The notes under the pieces: model-generated | Told to the model about the DNA's origin: nothing | Database searches by the model: none | What the model saw: only the letters and a program-made list of their open reading frames with translations | Assembly: GCA_050011875.1 (NCBI GenBank) | Contig: JBEKIG010000004.1 | Coordinates: 128,001 to 192,000 of the forward strand | Direction: 5' to 3' | From: Nitrososphaeria archaeon | GTDB lineage: Archaea > Thermoproteota > Nitrososphaeria > JACIWG01 | DNA: 64,000 bases | Program-made: the position numbers and the translations under genes | Shown here: piece by piece, positions 9,137 to 19,005 of the stretch | How positions within the stretch are numbered: position 1 is the first letter of the stretch | Layout of the letters: each line of letters opens with the position of its first letter

Positions 9137-10607
9137 AAAGATCCTTTATCTCGCAAAGAAGCACTTCACTTCCTTCAGATTTTAGTAGAATCTTATTAGG
9201 AGGAACTCCAAGTTCCTTACTCATTATTTCAACTATCTTCGACTGGCATGACATCCCTTGGCACCTGCCTAGACCAGCGCGTGTCCGAAAGGCGACACCT
9301 TGGAGAGTCCTAGCACCTCTCCTGATAGCCTCAACAATTTCTCCTTCACTTACACCTTCACACCAACATACTAGATTAGCAAACTTGGGATCGTCGTGGT
9401 ATAACATCTTCCTACATTCTATAGTTTGTGCTAATATTTTTGGAATAGATTTTCTGTGAGGATCCCAATGGGACTTCTTCACACCGATAAAACCTTGACT
9501 TTCCATTATCCTTACAACCTCTATAGCAATTGCAGGAGAGGATGCGAGACCCGGAGATCTAATTCCAACAACATTAATGAACCTAGAAGGCTTATTGTAT
9601 CCTTCAATTATGAAGTCTGCGTGGGGAGGCTCAGCTCTCAGGCCAGCGTAATTTTTTATACACCTATTTTTTGGAGGAAGTATGGGACCCCATTTTTCGA
9701 TAATATAGTTATAGACCTTTTCAAGGCCTTCCCTACTAGTGGCGGTGTTTTCTTTTTGATCCTCTAGCATATCCTCAGAGGTGGGCCCAATCAGTGTACT
9801 ACCTTCGGTGTCAGGGAGTATACAGATACCCTTGCTTATTTGTGAGGGCACTGGGAAGATTATATGGTTAACTGGACAACGATATTCTGATGGAAATATC
9901 CAATATTCTCCTCTTCTAGGATGTATTTCGATGTCTACGTTGTTATTGGTCCTAGTAACACCGAGCATGTGGGAGATCTTATCACCGTATAATCCGGCAG
10001 CATTAATTATCCAGTCTGCTTCAAAAATCCCCTGATTTGTCTTTAAAAGGAAGAAGTCTTTACTTTCCTCTATACTAATCACTTCATTTTGCAGCTTAAG
10101 TAAGACGCCGTTAGAAACAGCGTTTTCTATAACAGCTATGGTAGCATAGAAGGGAAGAACAGAGCCTTCCGTAGGAGCATATAATGCGGCAATAATTCCA
10201 TTAAGATTGGGTTCTAATTTTCTAGCTTCTTTGGCCGTTAGTAGCTTTATGTTTGGAACACTATTTAGCAGTCCTCTACTGTAAAGAGTATTGAGGATTG
10301 CAATATCACTGTCCTCTGTCGCCCCAACCAGAGCACCACACCAGTTAACGGGAATCTCAAGTTGGCCAGCTATTGTGTGCCAGAGCATGTTTCCTTTTGC
10401 GCATAATCCTGCTCTAATTGGCTGCCTTTTTGGATCATCGTCATATCCTGCATGTATGATGCCTGTGTTTGACTTCGATGTACCGCATGCCACATCAACC
10501 TCTTTTTCGAAAATTGTAATACGTAAATTTTCATATTTTGAAAGTTCTCTAGCTATAAAGCTGCCAACAATACCTGCACCAATAATAGCCACTCTCTCAA
10601 AAGACAT
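9117..10607 (-). CDS. glpA: FAD-dependent glycerol-3-phosphate dehydrogenase with BFD-like [2Fe-2S] domain
   Basis: IIGAGIVG, TSKSNTGIIHAG, INAAG, AGLR, SPGLASSPA; C-terminal VCWCE...RTRAGLGRCQG; adjacent to glpK. Confidence 0.85.
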   Translation of the reverse strand: MSFERVAIIGAGIVGSFIARELSKYENLRITIFEKEVDVACGTSKSNTGIIHAGYDDDPKRQPIRAGLCAKGNMLWHTIAGQLEIPVNWCGALVGATEDSDIAILNTLYSRGLLNSVPNIKLLTAKEARKLEPNLNGIIAALYAPTEGSVLPFYATIAVIENAVSNGVLLKLQNEVISIEESKDFFLLKTNQGIFEADWIINAAGLYGDKISHMLGVTRTNNNVDIEIHPRRGEYWIFPSEYRCPVNHIIFPVPSQISKGICILPDTEGSTLIGPTSEDMLEDQKENTATSREGLEKVYNYIIEKWGPILPPKNRCIKNYAGLRAEPPHADFIIEGYNKPSRFINVVGIRSPGLASSPAIAIEVVRIMESQGFIGVKKSHWDPHRKSIPKILAQTIECRKMLYHDDPKFANLVCWCEGVSEGEIVEAIRRGARTLQGVAFRTRAGLGRCQGMSCQSKIVEIMSKELGVPPNKILLKSEGSEVLLCEIKDLFGDSND

Positions 10608-10649
10608 TGGACTGCAAAAGAATTTTAGAACATATAAATCTTTTAGAAA

Positions 10650-12188
10650 CTAAGATACCTTCTTAAGCCACCCCATCGAAAGTTTGACTGCTTCTTTCCA
10701 TCCAGTATAAAGATGCTCTCTTTTATTATCTGACCATTCTGGTTCGAAGATTCTGTCCTTTTTCCAAAGTTTAGCAAGCTCATTTGTACTTTTCCAATAA
10801 GACACAGCTAAACCAGCAGCGTATGCTGCTCCTAAGGAAGTTGTTTCAAAAAATTTGGGTCTAACAACCTTGGTTCCAAGGGTGTCTGCTTGCAACTGCA
10901 TCAGATAATTGTTCACAACGGCACCGCCATCAACCTTCAAGATTTCAAGCCGAGCTCCTGAAGCTCTGGCCATGGTCTCAAAAACATCTCTGGTCTGCCA
11001 GCATATTGATTCTAGTGCAGCATGCACTATATGGTCTCTTTTAATAAACGAGGTCAAACCACAGATGATACCCCGTGCGTCAGAATCCCAATAAGGTGCA
11101 TAAAGACCATTAAATGCTGGTACAAAATAGACACCACCCGATCCTTCATCTTTAATGGATTCAGCTATCTTCTCTGTCTCCGAAGGGGAACCAATGATTT
11201 TTAGATTATCTCGAAGCCACTGAACAACAGAACCAGCTACAGCAATTGATCCTTCCAAAGCATAAACAGTCTTCCCCTCTTCAAAGCTATACGCACAAGT
11301 TGTCAGCAGACCTTCCTTCGACAGTTTAGGTGAATTACCAATATTCGAAAGCATGAAACATCCTGTGCCATATGTATTTTTTGATTCGCCTTCCCTGAAG
11401 CAAGCCTGACCAACCAAGGCAGCCTGTTGATCACCCAAGTCGCTGCAGACAGGAATCTTCGAACTAAAAACACTATCCTCTCTTGTATATCCATAAAAAT
11501 TCTTGTCAGAGGATGGTTTAAGTTCAGGAAGGATTTCTTCTGGTATTTTAAGAAGACGGAGTATTTCTTGATCCCATTCAAGTTTATTTATATTCATCAA
11601 CATCGTCCTTGAACCATTTGTATAATCTGTGACGTGTGATCCACCTTTAGGACCTCCTGTTAACCACCATATCATCCAACTGTCAATATTTCCAAAAAAG
11701 ACCTTGCCAAGCCCAGAATACTCCAAGACTTTAGGAACATTTTTAAAAATCCACTTAATTTTAGGGCCTGAAAAATATGTGGATAAAAATAATCCTGTTT
11801 TAGGTTTTATAAGTGACTCGTCATACCCTTGAATCTTGAGCTCTTCACATATCTCTTTAGTCCTTGTATCCTGCCATACAATTGCGTTATAGTAAGGTTG
11901 ACCAGTTTCAGGATTCCATAGAACAACCGTTTCCCTTTGATTTGTAACACCAACAGCCACGATTTCTTCACTCTGAATCTTTGAACTCTCAACAGCTTCT
12001 TTTATCACTGCAAACATGTTGTCAATTATCTCCAATGGATTGTGTTCAACCCATCCTGGATAGGGATAGATCTGCTTATGTTCAAGATAACTTGACGAAA
12101 CCTTGCTACCTTCATGATCAAAGATTATACATCTTGTACCAGTTGTGCCTTGGTCAATCGTTAAACAATATCCATCTTCTGTTACCAT
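10650..12188 (-). CDS. glpK: Glycerol kinase
   Basis: IDQGTTGTR, TNQRET, AIVWQDTR, YFSGPK, GDQQAAL, KNTYGTGCF, DGGAV. Confidence 0.98.
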   Translation of the reverse strand: MVTEDGYCLTIDQGTTGTRCIIFDHEGSKVSSSYLEHKQIYPYPGWVEHNPLEIIDNMFAVIKEAVESSKIQSEEIVAVGVTNQRETVVLWNPETGQPYYNAIVWQDTRTKEICEELKIQGYDESLIKPKTGLFLSTYFSGPKIKWIFKNVPKVLEYSGLGKVFFGNIDSWMIWWLTGGPKGGSHVTDYTNGSRTMLMNINKLEWDQEILRLLKIPEEILPELKPSSDKNFYGYTREDSVFSSKIPVCSDLGDQQAALVGQACFREGESKNTYGTGCFMLSNIGNSPKLSKEGLLTTCAYSFEEGKTVYALEGSIAVAGSVVQWLRDNLKIIGSPSETEKIAESIKDEGSGGVYFVPAFNGLYAPYWDSDARGIICGLTSFIKRDHIVHAALESICWQTRDVFETMARASGARLEILKVDGGAVVNNYLMQLQADTLGTKVVRPKFFETTSLGAAYAAGLAVSYWKSTNELAKLWKKDRIFEPEWSDNKREHLYTGWKEAVKLSMGWLKKVS

Positions 12189-12211
12189 TATCTTTCTTAG
12201 ATAATATTTTT

Positions 12212-12224
12212 CTTAAAAACTTTC
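12212..12224 (-). promoter_or_regulatory. BRE/TATA promoter of a probably leaderless glycerol operon
   Basis: GAAAG-TTTTTAAG ending ~24 nt before the glpK ATG. Confidence 0.5.
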
Positions 12225-12516
12225 TAATACGCATTGTTAAAGTTTTATATTTAGGTGAATCAATTTAAAATTACTTATGATTTGACGAAATCAGAAAGGG
12301 GGGGGGATATCTGCACGCAATAATCTACATATATATTTGTGAAACATTTATTCTTCACTGGTACGAGAGCAGGTGACAACATAATCTTTTTTTGCATCTA
12401 AAACACATTTAAAAAGGAAAAGGTTGTAACAAATATTTATGTCTTCTTAAAAAAATATCTTGGAAGACGAACTTAGTGCAAGTAATAATTGATGACTCGT
12501 CCAAAATGGAGGCCAC

Positions 12517-12819
12517 CTATGACGAGGGGCCGGTTTTGCTTGTCTTCTTCAAGACATAATCGAAGAACTTCTGAGTCGTTCCATCGTCAGAGGCCCACTC
12601 AGCGCGCAAACTTGTCTTCTTCTCCACCCTTCTCAATGCGGAAAGAAGAGAGCGGTTCAACTCTTTTGCACTGTCACCCTCCATCTCTGCCTTGATGATA
12701 TACTCGCCTTTCGCTTCTTTGACGGAGCCCGTCGTGATGGCCTGCTCCAGAACAGGCTTGATGGCCTTAGGATTCGAACTGCTCACTCGTGCCAAGACCC
12801 TAAAATGCTTGGTCACCAT
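12517..12819 (-). CDS. Hypothetical protein
   Basis: 100 aa, ATG start, plausible alpha/beta composition, TATA-like TTTAATAA upstream. Confidence 0.65.
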   Translation of the reverse strand: MVTKHFRVLARVSSSNPKAIKPVLEQAITTGSVKEAKGEYIIKAEMEGDSAKELNRSLLSALRRVEKKTSLRAEWASDDGTTQKFFDYVLKKTSKTGPSS

Positions 12820-13287
12820 TTGCGGTCAGACGTTAACACGACCGAAGCTTATTAAAGATTTCCTTGGGGCAACCAACCGCGATATGGGTCAGAAGGGACT
12901 CGGCAGATATGCCTCAACGGAGGGACATTCAGCCTCCCACTTAGGTGGAGACCGCAACGGATTCGCAGCAAAGGAAAGAATAATTTGCTGTCGCCCGGAT
13001 TTCCACTCGGGTTCCCTTCTTGGAAGGCAGGATCTTGAGCTAGCCAGTGCTGACCCACATGCTCTCAGGGGGCGCTGTCCGCATAAGCTCCCAAAAGTCG
13101 ATTCAAAGTGTTCCTTGAATGATTTCTCCTCCTTTATTATCGTTCCTTCCATTACAGCCACTGTTTTATTAATTCTAACAGATTAGTGGATTTTACATTT
13201 TGTTGAATGAGGGAATAAGAAAATTTTAGAATTAAAGACGCAGACTTATATAATTGAGTCTAGAAATAATTGAAGGCTGATTGATCT

Positions 13288-15063
13288 ATGAGTTTAAGAG
13301 ACCCTGTTTGCGGTATGCCTTTAAAGCTTGAGGAGGCAAGATACAAATCCACGATGTTCGGAAAGGAATATTATTTCTGCAGTAAAGATTGCATGTACAC
13401 CTTTGTTGAAGGGCCAAGAATTGCGTACTTTTCAATGGAAATAGGCGTTAAGAGCGAAATTCCGACCTATAGTGGTGGGCTAGGAGTCTTAGCAGGCGAT
13501 ACTATAAGATCAAGCGCAGATCTAAGAATTCCTCTTATAGCTTTGACGCTTATTAGCAAGAAAGGGTATGTCAAACAAAAGATCACGGAAGATGGTACAC
13601 AATTGGATCTTCCTGATGAGTGGGATCCCTCAAATTTCTTCAGGTTGTTGCCAAATATCGTTAATGTGAAGATCGAGGGTAGAGACGTTATGATTCAGGC
13701 TTGGCTTTTCGAACAGCAAAGTATGACCGGTGCAATGGTTCCTATATTGTTTCTTGATACAGACGTTAAAGGAAACGTGCAAGAAGACCGTGGCATCACC
13801 GACTTCCTTTATGGAGGAGATGATAGATACCGATTGAAGCAGGAAATTATTCTAGGAATCGGTGGAAAGAGGATGCTTGAGGCGTTGAATATTAACATAA
13901 GAAAATATCATATGAATGAAGGCCACTCAAGTCTTCTAACTATTGAGCTACTTAAGGAGAATAACGCAAATTCGGAGACTGTGAGAAATCTATGTGTCTT
14001 TACCTCACATACACCGGTTGAAGCAGCCTTTGACAGGTTTCCATACGATGTTGTTGGAAATGTGCTAGGTGATGAAATACCCTTAGAAGTTCTAAAAGAA
14101 TATGGTGGAGAAGACGACTTGAATATGACTTTATTGGCGTTAAGGCTTAGCAAATATGTTAACGGGGTAACTAAGGCTCATATGGAATATTCAAATAAGC
14201 TATTTCCCGGTTATCATATTAGATCGGTTACGAATGGTGTTCACTCTTATTGGTGGACTTGCAGTAATTTCAGAGAACTCTTCGATAAATATATCCCCGG
14301 CTGGGCTAATGAACCAGAACTGCTTGTGAGAGTCGATGAGATAAGTGATGAAGAGATATGGGAAACTCATTTAAAAGCCAAGGAATCATTGATGCAATTC
14401 ATTAAAGAAAAAAAGAATATCGTAATGGACGTCAACACTCTAACTATAGGATTCGCTAGGCGAGCTACCTCATACAAGCGAGGAACATTGATATTTACAG
14501 ATTTAGAAAGGTTAAGGAAATTGAATAAGGTAGGCATGATGCAGTTTATCTTTGCTGGAAAGGCTCATCCTAGAGACCAAGCTGGCAAAGATGAAATAAA
14601 GAGCATATACAACTACATTGATCAATTGAAGAACGAAATCAAAATAGTGTACCTTGAGAATTACGATATGGATACGGCTGCAAGGATCACTTCTGGAACA
14701 GATCTCTGGCTGAACACCCCACTGCCGCCTCTTGAAGCGTCTGGTACTAGTGGAATGAAGGCTGCGCATAATGGCGTGATAAACTTCAGTGTACTCGATG
14801 GATGGTGGATAGAAGGCTGTGTTGAAGGTGCCACAGGTTGGGCGATAGGGCCTCACCCGAACGAGCAGATTGACGAAAGTTCGAGGAGGAAGCTTGAACT
14901 TGAAGATCTATATGGTAAGATAGAATATGTTATTCTACCAACTTTTTATGGAAGAAGGGATGAATGGATTAGTATGATGAAGAATTCGATAGGGAAGGTC
15001 GCATACTACTTTAACAGTCACCGAATGATGCGCAGATATGTCACAGACGCGTATCTGATATAA
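13288..15063 (+). CDS. glgP: Alpha-glucan phosphorylase with N-terminal YHS domain
   Basis: DPVCGM...YYFCSKDC (YHS); YFSMEIG, YSGGLGVLAGD, NEGH, TNGVH, FARRATSYKR, AGKAHP, EASGTSGMK (PLP Lys). Confidence 0.95.
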   Translation: MSLRDPVCGMPLKLEEARYKSTMFGKEYYFCSKDCMYTFVEGPRIAYFSMEIGVKSEIPTYSGGLGVLAGDTIRSSADLRIPLIALTLISKKGYVKQKITEDGTQLDLPDEWDPSNFFRLLPNIVNVKIEGRDVMIQAWLFEQQSMTGAMVPILFLDTDVKGNVQEDRGITDFLYGGDDRYRLKQEIILGIGGKRMLEALNINIRKYHMNEGHSSLLTIELLKENNANSETVRNLCVFTSHTPVEAAFDRFPYDVVGNVLGDEIPLEVLKEYGGEDDLNMTLLALRLSKYVNGVTKAHMEYSNKLFPGYHIRSVTNGVHSYWWTCSNFRELFDKYIPGWANEPELLVRVDEISDEEIWETHLKAKESLMQFIKEKKNIVMDVNTLTIGFARRATSYKRGTLIFTDLERLRKLNKVGMMQFIFAGKAHPRDQAGKDEIKSIYNYIDQLKNEIKIVYLENYDMDTAARITSGTDLWLNTPLPPLEASGTSGMKAAHNGVINFSVLDGWWIEGCVEGATGWAIGPHPNEQIDESSRRKLELEDLYGKIEYVILPTFYGRRDEWISMMKNSIGKVAYYFNSHRMMRRYVTDAYLI

Positions 15064-15370
15064 ACCTAACTATAAAGTAACGAACATTTTTATGGAGCGT
15101 TCATTAAACTCTATTCTAGATTTGATATTTAATGGAAAGTGATATAATTTTGGTCCTTGTTAGAGTACGACAGACAGGGTAAGCTCACCCTGCACTGGTC
15201 TCCCGCCACCAATGAATAGATTTTGTGACCTATTTATGTTCCCTTAGGTATTAAGACCTACTCCACAACATATCCAAAGATTATCATCCTTTCAACCTTC
15301 AAGCTTAAGGTCTTCTACACAACACAAAGTCCTATAGACTGATTAATGGCGATATATATTCCCCTAGATT

Positions 15371-15811
15371 GTGTTGGAATCGAACATGACAATTAAGATC
15401 ACATCAAGACACTTGAAAAATATAATCTACCACTGTAAGAAAGAATGGCCAATTGAGGCATGCGGTATTCTAGCAGGAAAAATCAGGGACATAGAAGGTG
15501 ATTCCGTAAAGGAAGTATCAAAAATTTATAGCTGCAGAAATGAATTAAACTCTCCTATGGCGTACAGAATAGAAGCTGAACAGCAGCTAAAAATTTTTAG
15601 AGAAATAGAAGAATTAAGATTGGATTTGATAGGCTTCTACCATTCGCACACATCAACTCATCATAGTCTCTCTAGACCGTCCCAGATTGATAAGAAAAGA
15701 GCGAATTATTATGGATGTTCTTATGTCATAATTACCTTGTACCCTTTAAATGCATCTTCTTGGCTATTAGAGAAGAAGGGTGTATTCAAAGAAGAGACAA
15801 TATCATCTTAG
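15371..15811 (+). CDS. JAMM/MPN+ (M67) metallopeptidase, desampylase-like
   Basis: EACGILAG and GFYHSH...S..D motif. Confidence 0.88.
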   Translation: MLESNMTIKITSRHLKNIIYHCKKEWPIEACGILAGKIRDIEGDSVKEVSKIYSCRNELNSPMAYRIEAEQQLKIFREIEELRLDLIGFYHSHTSTHHSLSRPSQIDKKRANYYGCSYVIITLYPLNASSWLLEKKGVFKEETISS

Positions 15812-15819
15812 ATATAAAA

Positions 15820-16125
15820 TTATGTTTTAGTCTTCTCCAAGTCGCCTCTTGCTCTTAAGCCAATCACATTATGGATATGCACATATTCTCCAGCATCTAT
15901 ATCGTTAGTCGCTTTACCTATTACTTCGCCATACTTGATGATCTTTTCATCCTTGGATATTTTTTTTGTGGCGAATTTGTGGCCAAAAGGGATATTAGAT
16001 TTTATTAAGAGTCTAAAATGCATTTTTCCAATGTCTAACCTCACAACATCACCTTTCTTGATATCTACCAAAGCATTTGCAACATTATCTTTGACATTAA
16101 TGATTATAGCTTTTCTTATAGACAT
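15820..16125 (-). CDS. UxaA-family SAF-domain small subunit (SuyA-like)
   Basis: DNVA, IPFGHKFA, IIKYGEVIG, GEYVHIHNV. Confidence 0.92.
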   Translation of the reverse strand: MSIRKAIIINVKDNVANALVDIKKGDVVRLDIGKMHFRLLIKSNIPFGHKFATKKISKDEKIIKYGEVIGKATNDIDAGEYVHIHNVIGLRARGDLEKTKT

Positions 16126-17285
16126 TATATCACAGGACCCCTACAGTATATGTCAAAATTACCATCATAACCAAGAATTTCTGCTTTTGTTAGCTTACCT
16201 GATGAGACATCAATAATTTGATTCATAACCTTTTTCGCTGCACTATCAATTGTTTCATAGCCATAGAAAACAGAACTAAGGTCAGCGTCAATATGTTCTG
16301 ATAAATTAGAGCATACATAAGGATTTCCTGATGCCTTTATTACGGGTACGATGGGAAAGCCTTGCGGAGCACCACTACCTGTTGAAAAAAGCATTATTTG
16401 ACTACCTCCTGCCGCAAAACCAGTAAGGGCTTCTAGCTCTCTTCCCGGTCCATCCATAAATATCAATCCTTTTTTTGTAACCCTATCCCCATAATCAATG
16501 ACATCTATGAGCTTTGAAGAACCTGTTTTACAAATTGCACCAAGTGACTTCTCTTCTATCGTTGTTATACCACCTCTTATGTTACCCCCTGTTGGTTGAC
16601 CGCCTCTCATATCCACACCCATGGACATAGCCCTCTTTTCAATAGTACTTACAGTAGAATATAATTTGTCAGCTACTTCTTTGCTCACAGCTCTCCGAGC
16701 CAAGACATGTTCAGCACCAATCAATTCAGTTGTTTCACCAAATACTACGGTTCCACCTAGTTCAATAATCATATCTGCAACCCTACCGGCAACAGGGTTT
16801 GAAACTATCCCTGAAGTTGTATCAGAAGCGCCACATTTTATTGCCAATTTGAGTTCTGACAGATCAAACGTCTTCCTTTTAACCTTCTTAGATTCTGTAC
16901 ACATTTTTTTGGTAATCTCAAGTCCTTTTGAGACGGCTTCCGACATACCTTTTTCCTCAATTGTAACTGTTTTTACATCTTTCACCTTAGATATAGCATC
17001 AGCTATCTTCTCCAGAGAGGTACTTTCGCATCCGAGATTTACTAATAGTACAGAAAATAAATTAGGATTTAATGCAAGGTTTATCAAAACATTTTCTACA
17101 TTTAAAATATCTGGAGGGGTCTGAGCACATCCTTGGTGGTGCACAATTGGTTTTACTCTAGGATTAAGTTGAGCTATCTTCTGAACAACATCTGCTGAAC
17201 AACCAACAGTTGACATTATCCCAACATAGTTTCTAATACCAACACCGTTTTTCCTCAGATAACCTTTAAACTCCATATCACCCAA
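16125..17285 (-). CDS. UxaA-family dehydratase/lyase large subunit (altronate/galactarate dehydratase or SuyB-like)
   Basis: GIRNY, HHQGC, LGCE, KCGASD, GETTELIGAE, GGITTIEEKSLG, FSTG. Confidence 0.92.
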   Translation of the reverse strand: MGDMEFKGYLRKNGVGIRNYVGIMSTVGCSADVVQKIAQLNPRVKPIVHHQGCAQTPPDILNVENVLINLALNPNLFSVLLVNLGCESTSLEKIADAISKVKDVKTVTIEEKGMSEAVSKGLEITKKMCTESKKVKRKTFDLSELKLAIKCGASDTTSGIVSNPVAGRVADMIIELGGTVVFGETTELIGAEHVLARRAVSKEVADKLYSTVSTIEKRAMSMGVDMRGGQPTGGNIRGGITTIEEKSLGAICKTGSSKLIDVIDYGDRVTKKGLIFMDGPGRELEALTGFAAGGSQIMLFSTGSGAPQGFPIVPVIKASGNPYVCSNLSEHIDADLSSVFYGYETIDSAAKKVMNQIIDVSSGKLTKAEILGYDGNFDIYCRGPVI

Positions 17286-17808
17286 GAATAAATAGGATGA
17301 TATTTAGTTTTTTCAAATTTTTTTATAATCACAATATTTTAAAGTAATGAAGGACGATCTGATTCTTTTACCTCTTCCAAAAAAACATACAAAATCTTTG
17401 TACAAAATGATAAGATATATCCGCTTAATCTAACAGTCGATGAACTTCTTTATCAAGAACGTTTCTGGTAAACATGCCATAAAAGATATTATAAAGTATC
17501 CACAGATCATCATAGAACCCTGAGAAAATCACGCCATTCCTTATCGTTCCACTGCTACCAGCTCATTAATCTAACTCTCCAACCGATCAAAGCTATCATG
17601 CTAGAGCGATCAAAAGATGTGCTTTTCATTGTGATACAATGTGTTCCCATATGGGGGATTTGGAACAAGAATGGCTCCTAAGGGGGGTCAAAACGGATGT
17701 TTACTCTCGCATGTAAACCCAAAAACGATGCTCACGCGTGGACGCCCAAAGAGACTAGTAATCGCTATGTTTATATAACATAGCGATTTTAGTTGGAGGG
17801 GATATAAA

Positions 17809-19005
17809 ATGAAAGCGGAAAAACGCAACCGAAGCACTATGGTGTATTCGTTTATTATCATCGGTCTAATAATTGGAGCCGTTATAGGATTTGGATTAGG
17901 TTACTTAACTTATGCACCTCAAATCAGCTCGCTAAATTCACAAGTAACGAGCTTTCATTCAGTAGCAGACCTCCAGAACTCTTTAATCACTATAGCTTCT
18001 AATTCGCCGCCGTTTGCAGTCGGTGCAGCTGGCACTTTAACATATGCGTTTGGCTCAGTTCTCAATGCCTATGAGGAACAGTACCCCAGCATTAAGGTCG
18101 CACCCCCTCTGTTTGAGGGAAGTGGTGCAGTTGCCCAATCAGAGAACGCAACCAAACAGTTTAGTTTGGAAGCCTCTGCTGACACGACCACTATGCCGAG
18201 TGTCATCTTTCCTAATCTCGCAAATTACGAAATTGCCTTTGGCCAGACAAAAATGGTCATTATTGTCAATCTATTATCACCCGCTGGACTCAAACTCTAC
18301 AACATGTGGGAAGGCGTTCAAGGACTTCCCGCAATGTCTACTCAGTGGAATCAGACTTGGCAACAGATGTTCACCTTGATTGCCCTTAACTCGACCACTA
18401 AAGTTGGTGTTTCGAATCCTTTCACCGACCCTAGCGGTTATCAGGGTGCTGGCATGATTCGATTGGCTGGCTTAACTTTCTTTGGAAATATATCATACCT
18501 TTACAACGCGATATACAGCAACCCGAGTAAATACTACATGACAAATACTGAAACAAATCTAGTTACGCTTATGCAGACCCAACACATAGATTTCATAACT
18601 TCATCTTACCTGTCCAACGCTATACCGCAGACGGGAAACTCAACTCAAACACACCTCGCCTACATCACACTACCCGACGCAGTTAGCCTAGGGGTCTTAT
18701 CGGACCTCAGCTATTATCACGAAGCCAACTTCAGCTACACGACACTGGGAACGACCAAATCATTCACCATCAACCTAGTCATCTACACGCTGACGATTCC
18801 AACACCCTCCACCAACACAGCAGCAGCCGCCCTATTCATCCAAACCTTATTCAGTCAAACTGGCCAGAGCATACTAAAGCAAAACGGCATAACTCCCATT
18901 TTGCCGGGCATCGTCTATGGTAACTACACCAATATTCCAAGCCTAATCAAACCATACGTTACACCGGTTAACGCAACATATTCACCCTTATTTCCCAGGA
19001 GCTGA
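17809..19005 (+). CDS. wtpA: Tungstate/molybdate ABC transporter substrate-binding protein (WtpA-like)
   Basis: N-terminal TM anchor; AAGTL, EGSG, SAD, DPSGY, TE motifs of the WtpA family; many N-x-S/T sequons. Confidence 0.8.
   Translation: MKAEKRNRSTMVYSFIIIGLIIGAVIGFGLGYLTYAPQISSLNSQVTSFHSVADLQNSLITIASNSPPFAVGAAGTLTYAFGSVLNAYEEQYPSIKVAPPLFEGSGAVAQSENATKQFSLEASADTTTMPSVIFPNLANYEIAFGQTKMVIIVNLLSPAGLKLYNMWEGVQGLPAMSTQWNQTWQQMFTLIALNSTTKVGVSNPFTDPSGYQGAGMIRLAGLTFFGNISYLYNAIYSNPSKYYMTNTETNLVTLMQTQHIDFITSSYLSNAIPQTGNSTQTHLAYITLPDAVSLGVLSDLSYYHEANFSYTTLGTTKSFTINLVIYTLTIPTPSTNTAAAALFIQTLFSQTGQSILKQNGITPILPGIVYGNYTNIPSLIKPYVTPVNATYSPLFPRS

Noticed and set aside
12692-13186. Overlapping ORFs in a GC-richer patch upstream of glgP
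   Set aside because: No recognisable motif in any frame; probably a decayed fragment that cannot be called
15165-15320. Hairpins (CAGGGT/ACCCTG; AAGACCT/AGGTCTT) suggesting an ncRNA or riboswitch
   Set aside because: No match to riboswitch or C/D-box consensus I know; the minus strand reads ICCGVGLNT like a degraded SAM-methyltransferase motif; too weak either way
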